Source: an uncultured Myxococcales bacterium (GTDB taxonomy: Bacteria; Myxococcota_A; Bradymonadia; REDH01). From it: a stretch of 64,000 bases of DNA. Both the position numbers and the translations under genes were made by a program. The notes beneath the pieces were generated by a model, which was not told where the DNA came from, made no database searches, and saw nothing but the letters and a program-made list of their open reading frames with translations. Each line of letters starts with the position of its first letter. Positions within the stretch are counted from its first letter, which is position 1. This document shows positions 28,415 through 37,715 of the stretch, piece by piece. Location of the stretch: the NCBI GenBank assembly GCA_965367675.1, contig CBDUJZ010000010.1, positions 175 through 64,174 on the forward strand, written 5' to 3'.

Positions 28415-30661
28415 ATGACTACGGCGCCACTGCCCACCACCGAACCAACAGGTTCGACTACCGAACCAACAGGTTCGACTACCGAACCGCCCGAGCCGCG
28501 AGGTTCGAACGACGCGGCAGGTGCCAACGCGCGTAGGCTGCACTGGGCGCTGATCGCGCTCATTGTGGTCACCGGCGCGGCGCACGCGATGTACTACTTC
28601 CCGCGGACCGTCGATGACATGTTCATCTTCCTCCGTTACGCCGAGAACTTGGTGGCGGGGAATGGGCTGGTCTTCAACGTGGGCGAGCCGGTCGAAGGCT
28701 TCTCGAGCCCGCTCTGGGTGCTGTTGCTCGCTGCGGGCGTGGCGATCGGCTTCAACGGGGTCACCTGGGCCAAGCTGATGGGCTTGGTGACGCTCGTGGC
28801 GCTCGCCCGCGGAACGTATGTGTTTGCGCGCGAGCGTGTGGGCATGCGGTCGCTGCCCGCGCTCGGCAGCGTGTTGTTCCTGGCCATGAACAGCTACCTG
28901 ATCTCGTGGGGCATGTACGGGCTGGAGACCCCGGCCTACTTGGTGCTGATGGTGTGGACGGCCATCTGGCTGGGCCGTCAGATGGACGCGCCGAGCCGGT
29001 CGAACGCGATGTGGGCGGGCGTGGTGGCGGCCGGATTGTCGCTGTCACGTCCCGAGGCGCCGCTGTTCCTGATCGCGGTCGGCGTCGCGCTGGCGGTGGA
29101 GCGGGCAACGGTCGCTTCGCTCCTCGCTCGCGTGCGCGCTTCGGTCCCTCCGGCGTTGATCGTCATCGGTACTTTCGGCGCGTATCTGGCGTTCCGGCTG
29201 TCGTACTTTGGGCTCATGTTTCCGCACACGTACTACGCGAAGCGGGGGCACGGGCTGTCGTTCGCGTCGTGGGACGTGGTGTACGCCAACGGGGTGAGCA
29301 CTCCGGAGCTTGTGGTGCTCGCGGGCGTGCTCCCGCTGGGGATCTGGTTGGCCGCGAAGAAGCGCTCCGCTGTGCCGGTGCTCGTGACGTGTATGTCGTT
29401 GTTTTTCGTGGCGAAAGTGATTCCTGACTGGATGCCAAACGTGCGCCATTTGCTGCCGATTTGGCTCTTCGCGCCCATGCTCTGGTTCGCCGGTGTAGAC
29501 GCGCTGTGGAGCGCGCAGCGCACCCGCATTGGGGCGGTCGTGGGCGTGTTGGTTCTGGCGGTGTGCGCGGGCTCGTTGTGGACCATCGATTCGCGGTTCT
29601 CGGCCAAGGATTTTGCCACGCACGGGCGGGGCGAGAACTGGGTGCAGCCCAAGAGCAACGCGCGTTGGTCCGACGCGTGGCGTGCTTCTCGGGGCGTGCC
29701 GCCGCACCACGTGGCGGACTTTGGTACCTACCACCACGGCATGATCACGCAGCTGTATCAAACGCTGGAGTCGGACGCGCAGCCGCTCGAAGACAGCTGG
29801 TTTGTGGGGCGTGATATCGGCCGCATCGGCTGGCTCGCTCCGGTGGGTATCTTCGAGTCCGATGGCCTGTTCACCCCGGCGGTCGTGGCGTCGCCGAACT
29901 GGGTGGAGACGCGTGGTGTGGACGCGGACCTGCTGCGCGTGGGTTTCGGCCGGTACGTGGTCATGACGGAGCTGCTCGACGGGTGGCGCGCCGCGTTGGA
30001 GGCCCAGCCGGCGGTGCGCAATCAATATGAGTCCATCATCGGCGACGACCCGTTCCACTTGGCCCGCCGCGATCGCACGCGTCCGTCGCCGGAGCTGGTG
30101 CTGGCGCGCTATCACGCCGCCGAGTCCAAGTTCCCGCGCGGGTTCTACGTGCTGACGCTGTATGGGCGGGCCGTGGGCGCGTTGTTCGAGCGTCGGGTGC
30201 GGTACGTGGAGCAGGCCATCGCCGGTTTGACGGCGCCGCCCGCCGTGGACGGGGAGCCGCTGGCCACCTTCGATGACAACGTCACGCTGGAGAGCTGCGT
30301 GGTCACGCCGGCAGAGGTTCGGCCGGGCGAGACGGCGACGGTGCGTTGCGTATTCGCGGTCGCGCAGCCGCTGGATGCGCCCGTGGACGTGTTCGTGCAC
30401 GTGGATGGTGACGGTGGGCGCCTGAACGCGGACCACGCGCCCGCGGCCGGGTTCATCGACCTGACGGCCGTCGCACCGGGCACGCGCTTTGCGGATGTCG
30501 CGCAGGTTTTGATTCCCGGCGACGACACCGCGGCGGAGCGGACGGTGTACGTGGGCCTGTGGAACGCGCGCGGCCGTCTGGTGGCCGCCGGTCCCACCGC
30601 GGACGCGGACCACCGCGTGAACGTGGGCCGCGTGCGTATTCTCGGCAATACGGCGCCGTAG
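28415..30661 (+). CDS. GT-C-fold-like polytopic membrane protein (putative glycosyl/arabinosyl-transferase-like)
   Basis: About 12 TM helices. The first extracytoplasmic loop carries a DD motif (RTVDDMF…GEPVEGFSSPLW). Large soluble C-terminal domain. The start is uncertain because of low-complexity/repeat DNA at the 5' end. Confidence 0.35.
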   Translation: MTTAPLPTTEPTGSTTEPTGSTTEPPEPRGSNDAAGANARRLHWALIALIVVTGAAHAMYYFPRTVDDMFIFLRYAENLVAGNGLVFNVGEPVEGFSSPLWVLLLAAGVAIGFNGVTWAKLMGLVTLVALARGTYVFARERVGMRSLPALGSVLFLAMNSYLISWGMYGLETPAYLVLMVWTAIWLGRQMDAPSRSNAMWAGVVAAGLSLSRPEAPLFLIAVGVALAVERATVASLLARVRASVPPALIVIGTFGAYLAFRLSYFGLMFPHTYYAKRGHGLSFASWDVVYANGVSTPELVVLAGVLPLGIWLAAKKRSAVPVLVTCMSLFFVAKVIPDWMPNVRHLLPIWLFAPMLWFAGVDALWSAQRTRIGAVVGVLVLAVCAGSLWTIDSRFSAKDFATHGRGENWVQPKSNARWSDAWRASRGVPPHHVADFGTYHHGMITQLYQTLESDAQPLEDSWFVGRDIGRIGWLAPVGIFESDGLFTPAVVASPNWVETRGVDADLLRVGFGRYVVMTELLDGWRAALEAQPAVRNQYESIIGDDPFHLARRDRTRPSPELVLARYHAAESKFPRGFYVLTLYGRAVGALFERRVRYVEQAIAGLTAPPAVDGEPLATFDDNVTLESCVVTPAEVRPGETATVRCVFAVAQPLDAPVDVFVHVDGDGGRLNADHAPAAGFIDLTAVAPGTRFADVAQVLIPGDDTAAERTVYVGLWNARGRLVAAGPTADADHRVNVGRVRILGNTAP
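28436..28510 (+). repeat. Three tandem ~21-bp repeats, each with a CGAACC…GGTTCG inverted repeat
   Basis: ccgaaccaacaggttcgacta occurs twice, followed by accgaaccgcccgagccgcgaggttcg. Confidence 0.7.
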
Positions 30662-30903
30662 AGTCGAAGGTGTGGCGCATGACTCGGTGCCGTAGCGTCG
30701 CATGTAAGGCGCTGTAGAAGGGTGCCACACTTCGGCACCGGAGATGGCAGGTTTTGCGCCGTGCAAGCTTGCCAAGCCGCATAGAATAGCCCACTGTTAG
30801 GGCGAAGTCGTGGCGGGAGCGCTACGTGAATTCAGGCCTGCGAAGGGTTGCGCAGGTCGAACTAACTGTACGATTTTGTTGTATATTCCTCAGGAGAGGT
30901 GGT

Positions 30904-31275
30904 GTGGCGAAGCTACTGCTGGTCGAAGACAATGCGATGAACCGCGATATGCTCCGTCGGCGACTGGAGCGTAAGGGGTTCGAGATTGTTACGGCCGTAG
31001 ACGGGGGCGAGGCCATTGAGAAGTCGAGTACCGAGTCGCCGGATCTAATCCTCATGGACCTGAGCCTGCCCGGGATCGACGGGTGGGAAGCCACGCGGCG
31101 CATCAAGAGCAGCGACGCGACCCGCGCCATCCCTGTGATCGCGCTCACCGCGCACGCGATGTCTGGCGAGCGGGAGCGCGCCATGGAGGCGGGCTGCAAC
31201 GACTACGACACCAAGCCGATCGACCTCCCGCGCTTGGTCGGCAAGATTCTGAGCCTGCTGGGAGAGTCCGGATGA
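30904..31275 (+). CDS. Single-domain response regulator (CheY-like receiver)
   Basis: Receiver motifs (LLVEDN, DLILMDLSLPGIDG, K near the C-terminus). GTG start is preceded by AGGAGAGG. Confidence 0.7.
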   Translation: MAKLLLVEDNAMNRDMLRRRLERKGFEIVTAVDGGEAIEKSSTESPDLILMDLSLPGIDGWEATRRIKSSDATRAIPVIALTAHAMSGERERAMEAGCNDYDTKPIDLPRLVGKILSLLGESG

Positions 31276-31664
31276 GTCGTGGGGTCAGGCTCCTCATCGC
31301 AGAGGATGATGACCGCTCCCGTGACATGCTGGCTCGTCGATTGCGCCGAAAGGGCTTCGACGTGGTGGTAGCGTTCGACGGGATCTCGGCGGTCGAGGTG
31401 GCGCTTGAGACCGAGCCCGACCTGATCCTCATGGACCTCTCGATGCCGCGTGTAGACGGCTGGGAGGCCGTCAAATGGGTGCGCAAGAACGCGCGCATCG
31501 CGCACGTGCCGGTGATCGCCATCACCGCGTACCAAATCGAGGGCATCGGCGCGGCCGTGCTGAACGCGGGGTTCGACGACTTCGAGTGTAAGCCGCTCGA
31601 CCTCCCGCGTTTGCTGGAGAAGATCCGCGCCCGGGTGGGCCAGCGCGCGAGCACGTCTCCCTAG
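31272..31664 (+). CDS. Single-domain response regulator (paralog)
   Basis: Receiver motifs (LLIAEDD, DLILMDLSMPRVDG). ATGA overlap with the upstream regulator. Confidence 0.7.
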   Translation: MSRGVRLLIAEDDDRSRDMLARRLRRKGFDVVVAFDGISAVEVALETEPDLILMDLSMPRVDGWEAVKWVRKNARIAHVPVIAITAYQIEGIGAAVLNAGFDDFECKPLDLPRLLEKIRARVGQRASTSP

Positions 31665-31679
31665 GAAGTCGCCGCCGGG

Positions 31680-32798
31680 CTACTCTTCGCAGCCGTCGCC
31701 TTCCATCGAGGCGATCCAGTCGACGACGAGCTCGACGCCGTAGTTGTCGACCAAGCGGCTCGGCAGCTCGGGCATGCGCACGGCGGGGTCGGTGGAGTTC
31801 ATGCGGTAGGGCAGAATGCTCGCGTCCGGGTCTCCGGGCACGATGTCATAGAACCGTCCGCCGGTGCCGGCGCCGGCGGCCGTGGGCGTCTTGCACACGC
31901 CAGCGCGGGCGGGGTCGTCTTGCATGGCGCGCAGGTCGAGCCCGGTGCGTCCGGCGTCGCCGCCTTCGCGGTGGCAGTGGGAGCAGTTGGCGTGCAGGTA
32001 GGAGCGCGCGCGTGCCTCGAGCGTGCCGTCGGTGTCGGTGGGCGCGGTGAGGGCAAACGTGGGCGCGGGCGGCCGGGTGGCGAACACGCCGCTGGCGGTC
32101 ATGACGTCGACCTGGTTGGTCGATTCGCCGTCGATGTCCATGACCACGTCCAGCTGCACGCTGCTCACGCCGAGCGGCAGCGTCTCGTCGTTTCTGCCGT
32201 GGCAGTCGCGACACTGGTTGGTGTTGGGCACCAGGTAGACCTGCTCCTCGACGCTGTCGTCGGTCTGCGTGATGGACAGCGTGATGCGGGAGCCGGCGAC
32301 TTGCCGCGTGGCGTCGGTGAGGTCGTCGTTCCACACGTAGGTGTGGGTGGACCAGCCGACCAAGGAGTCGTCGCGGATGAGCAGGCGCGTCTCGAGCGGC
32401 AGGATGGAGCCGTCGGGGTCGCGCCGGTCGGTCGAGATGAGGAACGTCTTCACCAGGATCGTGCCGATGGGGAAGTCCCAGGTTTCGTCGTCGATCCACT
32501 CGAGCTGGGTGCCCTCGGGCAGCCGGATGTAGCGGCCCTTGTCGGCGTGGTCGGCCCACAGCGGGGAGACCGGCACGTACGGGATCATGCCTTCGGCAGG
32601 CTGGCGGTCGACCATGGCCCCTTGGAACAGGCCGTACTCGGACAGCGTGTCGTAGGGGATGGACGCTTCGGGCTCGTCGACGGGCGTGTCATCCTCGCCG
32701 CAGCCGGCCGCGAGGGCCAGGCAGGGGAGTAGGCAGAGCATCCATTGCTGCGCCAGCCGCCGGGCCGAGAACCGGGATGTGTGCGCGGTTCGCATCAT
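31680..32798 (-). CDS. Diheme c-type cytochrome lipoprotein
   Basis: Lipoprotein signal (…LALAAGCGEDD). Two CxxCH heme motifs (CRDCH, CSHCH). Confidence 0.6.
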   Translation of the reverse strand: MMRTAHTSRFSARRLAQQWMLCLLPCLALAAGCGEDDTPVDEPEASIPYDTLSEYGLFQGAMVDRQPAEGMIPYVPVSPLWADHADKGRYIRLPEGTQLEWIDDETWDFPIGTILVKTFLISTDRRDPDGSILPLETRLLIRDDSLVGWSTHTYVWNDDLTDATRQVAGSRITLSITQTDDSVEEQVYLVPNTNQCRDCHGRNDETLPLGVSSVQLDVVMDIDGESTNQVDVMTASGVFATRPPAPTFALTAPTDTDGTLEARARSYLHANCSHCHREGGDAGRTGLDLRAMQDDPARAGVCKTPTAAGAGTGGRFYDIVPGDPDASILPYRMNSTDPAVRMPELPSRLVDNYGVELVVDWIASMEGDGCEE

Positions 32799-34033
32799 GG
32801 CTGTTCGGCGATCGGGGTGATGGCGCAGTCGAACGCGGCGGCGTCGGTGGACGGGTTCGCGTAGTCGTTGCAGATGTCGAGGAACTGGAAGCGGGCGCCG
32901 TCGTCTTGCACGCAGTTGACCGGTCCGGTGGCGCCTTCCGGCTGCACGGCGCATCCGTCGAACAGGATGTCGGGGCTGGGCGTGGTTTTGACGCGGTCGG
33001 GCATGGCGTTGTGGAGCGCGCCGAAGGGGGCGCTGCCGTTGTTCTCCCACGTGTTGTCGTGGATCCAGTTTCCGGTGGCGCTGACGTCGAAGGTGTCGTC
33101 GTCGAAGTTGCCGAACAGGAAGGGCAGGTAGGTGAAGACGACCATGCCGAGCGTGTCGTTGTTGCGGATGATGTTGTCGCGGAACTCGTTGTCGTCGCAG
33201 GCGAGGACGATGATTCCGGAGCCGCCTGGGACGACGGCGACGACGGTGCCCTCGATGCCGAAGTTGGGCAGGTTGTTGTTCTCGATGAGGTTGTTGTGCA
33301 CGAGCGTGCCGGCGCCGTTCTGGCGGAGGCCGGGGAGGTTGAAGACCAGGATGCCCGCCGTGTTGTCGTGGGCGTGGTTGCCGCGGACTTCAGCGTTGTT
33401 GGAGTTCTCGATCTCGATGCCGGCGACGTTGCCCCAGACCTCGTTGTTCTGGACCAAGATGTTGTTCGACTGGCCCACGTAGATGCCGGCGTCGCGGGCG
33501 CCGTTCACCTTGGAGTCCTCGATGAGCACGTTGGTGCAGCCGACCGGGTACATGCCGTAGGCGCCGTTGCCCTGGGATTCCGGCTCCGACCACGAGGTCC
33601 ACACGCGGCGGAACGTGACGTCGGTGGCGTCGTCCACGCGGATGCCGTCGCCGGGGGTGTCGAGCACCTGGAGGTCTTCGAACGTGAGGCCGTCGGACGA
33701 CGCCTTGATGCCGTTCGCGCCGCCGCCGACCTCTTCGGCCGAGAAGTCCAAGATGGTGTGGTCCATGCCTTCGCCGCGGATCGTGACGTTGGGCACGTCG
33801 ATCGAGAGCTCTTGCGTGAACACGTAGGTACCGCGGCTCAGGCAGATGGAGTCGCCGTCCTGGGCCTCGATGAACGCGGTCTGCACGACGGTCTGGTCGT
33901 CGTCGCTCGGGCTCACCGTGGTGGTGCAGTCGCCGGCGAATCCGATGCCATCGTCGTCGGTGTTCTCGACGTCATCGCCGCAACCGGCCAGGCAAACGAG
34001 ACTCAAAACTACGGGCAAACGACGAAGGAGCAT
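32795..34033 (-). CDS. Right-handed parallel beta-helix repeat lipoprotein
   Basis: Lipoprotein signal (LVCLAGCGDD). PbH1-type repeats (NNEVWGNVAGIEIENSNNAEVRGNHAHDNTAGI…). ATGA overlap with the downstream cytochrome gene. Confidence 0.6.
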   Translation of the reverse strand: MLLRRLPVVLSLVCLAGCGDDVENTDDDGIGFAGDCTTTVSPSDDDQTVVQTAFIEAQDGDSICLSRGTYVFTQELSIDVPNVTIRGEGMDHTILDFSAEEVGGGANGIKASSDGLTFEDLQVLDTPGDGIRVDDATDVTFRRVWTSWSEPESQGNGAYGMYPVGCTNVLIEDSKVNGARDAGIYVGQSNNILVQNNEVWGNVAGIEIENSNNAEVRGNHAHDNTAGILVFNLPGLRQNGAGTLVHNNLIENNNLPNFGIEGTVVAVVPGGSGIIVLACDDNEFRDNIIRNNDTLGMVVFTYLPFLFGNFDDDTFDVSATGNWIHDNTWENNGSAPFGALHNAMPDRVKTTPSPDILFDGCAVQPEGATGPVNCVQDDGARFQFLDICNDYANPSTDAAAFDCAITPIAEQP

Positions 34034-34228
34034 GGCGAAACCTGTGGAAGGCGCGTCGAGGACGCGGAAACTGACGCTGGTGCAGAACGCGGAGCACATC
34101 ATCCGAGCATGCCTAGCGAACTCGCGGAGCGTAGAAGCGGACGTGGCCGCCATTGTAACGTGTTCTGGCGCGCGTGCACACATTCAAACGGGCTGTCCGG
34201 GTTCCCGCGGGGTTCCCACCAGGTGGGG

Positions 34229-35278
34229 CTACTCGCCGCCCATGAGGATCACCGCGTTGGGGGTGCCTTGCTCGCCGGATACGCGGATGTCAGCGCCGTC
34301 GACCCGCGCCGCCAAGTGGGTGGACACCGCGCCGTCTAGGTTGAGCGCCGCGACCGCGTGGGTGGACTCGACCAGGTACGCCGCGAAGCCGCCGAGCGAC
34401 ATGCCGAGGTGTGACGTGAGCCGGAGCCGCGTGTCGGTGAGGGGGCCGGACATGCTCAGCGCGTCGGCGACGACCACGAACTCGACGTGGGTGGGGGTGA
34501 TGACCACGGCGGACCGGGCCGCGCGGCGTCCGAGGAGCGAGGTCATGAGGCTGGCGCTGCCGTCGCCGCTGCGGTCGATGGACTGCACGGCGTTGGAGGC
34601 GGCGGGGTCGTGGTCACTCTGGTGCACGATCGCGGGTTGGCCGTCGACCACTTGGAATACGCCGGAGCCGCCGCCGCGCGCGTGCGCGTTCGCCTCTACG
34701 CCGTCGCTCATCACCCAGCCCATGGGAGCGCCGGAGGGGTAGTAGAACCCGCCGTTGATCGCGGCCCAGTCGCCGTCTGATTCCGGCAGCAGTGCGTCAA
34801 AATCGACCGGTCCATCGCTGGCCTCAACGCGCGCCGAGACGCCATCGAGCGGTAGCGGGACCGCGACATGCCAGGCCGTCCCGCGCCGTCCCGCGAGCTC
34901 CCACGCGCGGGTGGACACGCGGAAGCGGTCGTTCTCGGCGAGCACCGCGGGGTCACCGACGACCAAGGTTTCGGAGCCGGGCTCAAGCGGTTCGACTTGC
35001 TCAGGCTCGAGCGGTTCGACTTGCTCGGGCTCGAGCGCTTCAGCCTGCTCAGGCTCGAGCGCTTCAGCTTGCTCAGGCTCGAGCGCTTCAGCTTGCTCAG
35101 GCTCGAGTAGTTGTAGCGTTGGTTGCAGGGCAGCGTCTTCTGCGGTGACCTGCTCGTTGCAGCGTCCGGAGACCAGGAACACGGCGATGGCGGCCGCCGC
35201 GATTCGACCGGGCGTGAGGAGGCGTTTGGCGGCTGCGGCGCTCGGCCGTTTGCGTCGCACTGCGGAGGGTTGGCGCAT
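34229..35278 (-). CDS. Secreted protein with EPEQAEAL tandem repeats and DUF2233 / phosphodiester-glycosidase-like C-terminal domain
   Basis: Signal anchor. Five to six copies of an 8-aa repeat. The C-terminal region includes AINGGFYYPSG, resembling the NAGPA/DUF2233 motif. Confidence 0.35.
   Translation of the reverse strand: MRQPSAVRRKRPSAAAAKRLLTPGRIAAAAIAVFLVSGRCNEQVTAEDAALQPTLQLLEPEQAEALEPEQAEALEPEQAEALEPEQVEPLEPEQVEPLEPGSETLVVGDPAVLAENDRFRVSTRAWELAGRRGTAWHVAVPLPLDGVSARVEASDGPVDFDALLPESDGDWAAINGGFYYPSGAPMGWVMSDGVEANAHARGGGSGVFQVVDGQPAIVHQSDHDPAASNAVQSIDRSGDGSASLMTSLLGRRAARSAVVITPTHVEFVVVADALSMSGPLTDTRLRLTSHLGMSLGGFAAYLVESTHAVAALNLDGAVSTHLAARVDGADIRVSGEQGTPNAVILMGGE
34966..35107 (-). repeat. 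Coding tandem repeat, ~6 × 24 bp (LEPEQAEA units)
   Basis: Visible as the reiterated gctcgagcgcttcagcttgctcag units in the DNA. Confidence 0.8.
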
Positions 35279-35293
35279 GGAGCGTCGCAGGGG

Positions 35294-37624
35294 TTAGGGG
35301 CGCGAGAGTCGGAGTGAGTTCGTGACGACGCTGACAGAACTGAGCGCCATCGCCAAGCTCGCGAATACAGGGGACAATAGCAGGCCGAAGGCCGGGTACA
35401 GGACGCCGGCGGCCACGGGGATGCCGACGGCATTGTACGCCATCGCCCAGAACAAGTTTTGCCGAATGATGCGGTGGGTGCGTTTCGACAGGTCGAAGAC
35501 GGCCTGCACGGCGCTCAGGTCGCCGTTCATGAGGGTGACGTCCGCGGCGGCCGCGGCCACGTCGGTGCCGGTGCCCATGGCGATGCCCAGGTTTGCGGCC
35601 GCCAGCGCGGGCGCGTCGTTGATGCCGTCGCCGACCATCGCGACCGTGCGGCCTTCGCTGCGCAGCCGGGTGATCGCCGCGGTTTTGTCCGCCGGGGTGG
35701 CGTCGGCGACCACTTCGTCGATGCCGAGCGACTTGCCCATCGCTTGGGCGGCCGAGGCGCGGTCGCCGCTGAGCAGGACCACGCGTGTGCCGGCGTTTCG
35801 GAGCGCTTGGACCGCCTCGAGCGCGCCGGCTTTGGGGGTGTCGCGCAGCACAAACGCGCCCACGGCCGCGCCGTCGATGGCGACCACGGAGAGCGACGCG
35901 CCTTGGGCGGCTTCGGCGGCGGATTCGAGCAGCGCGTCGACCTCGACGCCGGCATCGCGGGCGTGCTGCGCCGAGCCGACGAGCACGGTGACGTCGGTTG
36001 CCTCTACTACCGCGCGCGAGAAGCGGGCCTGAACGCCGCGGCCGGGCGTGACCTCGACGTCGGTCACTTCGGGCGTGGGCGCGCCGCCGGGCTGGGCTTC
36101 GCACCACCGCACGATGGCCTCGGCCAGCGGGTGCTCGGAGCGCTGCTCCACGGCTGTAGCCACGGCCAGCGCCTCTGCTCGCTGTGCATCCGAGAGCCCT
36201 GGCGCGGCGACAAAGTCGGTCACGCGGGGCTTGCCTTCGGTCAACGTGCCCGTCTTGTCGAACACCACGGTGTCTACGTGATGCGCGACCTCGAGCACCG
36301 CGCCGGAGCGCACGAGCATGCCGCGTTTGGCGGCGGAGCCGGTCGCTACGGTGATGGCGGCGGGCACCGCGAGGCCCATGGCGCACGGGCACGCGATGAT
36401 CAGCACCGTGACCAGCGCGTGTACGCCAAAGCCGAACGCTGGCGAGGGGCCGAACAGCCACCAGCCGAGCGCGGAGACCACCGCGATGGTCACCACGATG
36501 GGCACGAACACCGCCGCCACGCGGTCGGCCGTGCGCTGCACTTCGGGCTTGGCGGCCTGCGCTTCGCCGACCATGCGGACCAAGCGCGCGAGCGAAGAAT
36601 CGCCGCCGAGCGAGGTGGGGCGCAGCGTGAGCACGCCGTCGGTGTTGACCGTGCCGCCGGTGACGGCGTCGCCCTCGGCCTTGCGCACGGGCACGGCTTC
36701 GCCGGTGAGCATGGCCTCGTCGACAGCCGAGCGCCCTTCGATGACCACGCCGTCCACGGGGATGGCCTCGCCGGGCCGCACGATGACTTTGTCGGCGCGG
36801 GTGACGGTGCCCACAGGGATGTCGTCTTGCTGGCCGTCGGCGCGGATGATGCGGGCCATGCGCGGCTGGAGCGCGGCGATGCTACGCAGGGCCTCGGTGG
36901 CGCGTCGTTTGGCGCGGGCCTCGAGCACGTTGCCGACCATGAGCAGGCCGATCACCCATGGCACGACCTCGAACCACACACCGGTGGGGAGCCCGTGGCG
37001 TTCCAGCGTTCCGGCGAACACGGTGACCACCGCCGATACGAGGAACGCGGTGCCGCTGCCGAGCGCGATGAGCACGTTCATGTCTGCGCCGCCGCGGCGT
37101 ACGACGGCCCAAGCGCGTTGGAAGTAGTGGCGGCCGGCCCAGCCGAGCACCGGGAGGCAGAGCAGCAACAGGGCCCAGCGCAGCACGTCGGCCGGCGCGG
37201 TGTACAGCCACGGCATGAGGCGCATGAGCGCGTGGTCGATGGGCATCATCAGGCCGGCGAGCGGGTCCGCGGTGGCTCCCGACTGCGCCGCCGAGTGCGC
37301 CAGCGGCATCGAGAGCGCCATCGCGACCACGCCGGCGCCGAGGCTGAACGCGATGCGCGCGCCCCAATGCTCACCGTCGCCGTCGGCGGTCTCGGTGAAG
37401 GCGCTCAGCGGGTCGGCGTCGTCGAGCACAACCGAGGGGAAGCCGGCGGCGTCGAGTCGCTGCAGGATGAGGGCGGTGTCCAGCGCCTCCCCGGACACGT
37501 CGGCGCGCTCGCCGAGCAGGTCCACGGTAGCGGCTTCGACACCGGGTTGGGCTTTGATGATTCGCTCCGCGCGGCCCACACAGGCGGCGCAGTGCATTCC
37601 AGAAACGCGTAGGGTCGTAGTCAT
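35294..37624 (-). CDS. copA: Copper-translocating P1B-type ATPase
   Basis: N-terminal HMA domain (GMHCAACV), CPC in TM6, [17 protein letters not shown]. Confidence 0.9.
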   Translation of the reverse strand: MTTTLRVSGMHCAACVGRAERIIKAQPGVEAATVDLLGERADVSGEALDTALILQRLDAAGFPSVVLDDADPLSAFTETADGDGEHWGARIAFSLGAGVVAMALSMPLAHSAAQSGATADPLAGLMMPIDHALMRLMPWLYTAPADVLRWALLLLCLPVLGWAGRHYFQRAWAVVRRGGADMNVLIALGSGTAFLVSAVVTVFAGTLERHGLPTGVWFEVVPWVIGLLMVGNVLEARAKRRATEALRSIAALQPRMARIIRADGQQDDIPVGTVTRADKVIVRPGEAIPVDGVVIEGRSAVDEAMLTGEAVPVRKAEGDAVTGGTVNTDGVLTLRPTSLGGDSSLARLVRMVGEAQAAKPEVQRTADRVAAVFVPIVVTIAVVSALGWWLFGPSPAFGFGVHALVTVLIIACPCAMGLAVPAAITVATGSAAKRGMLVRSGAVLEVAHHVDTVVFDKTGTLTEGKPRVTDFVAAPGLSDAQRAEALAVATAVEQRSEHPLAEAIVRWCEAQPGGAPTPEVTDVEVTPGRGVQARFSRAVVEATDVTVLVGSAQHARDAGVEVDALLESAAEAAQGASLSVVAIDGAAVGAFVLRDTPKAGALEAVQALRNAGTRVVLLSGDRASAAQAMGKSLGIDEVVADATPADKTAAITRLRSEGRTVAMVGDGINDAPALAAANLGIAMGTGTDVAAAAADVTLMNGDLSAVQAVFDLSKRTHRIIRQNLFWAMAYNAVGIPVAAGVLYPAFGLLLSPVFASLAMALSSVSVVTNSLRLSRP

Positions 37625-37715
37625 GCCGGCAGGGTAAGCACGACGGCCGCCGATCGCATGGGGGAACGGCCTGTCGTGCGCACGCAGTGGCTGCAGAACC
37701 GGGCGCTTCCGTGTA

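Noticed and set aside
32777-34339. 520-aa plus-strand ORF antisense to the beta-helix lipoprotein gene
   Set aside because: No features. The minus strand has a lipobox and PbH1 repeats.
35459-37612. 717-aa plus-strand ORF antisense to copA
   Set aside because: A GC-rich antisense artefact. The copA frame contains the CPC and DKTGT motifs.
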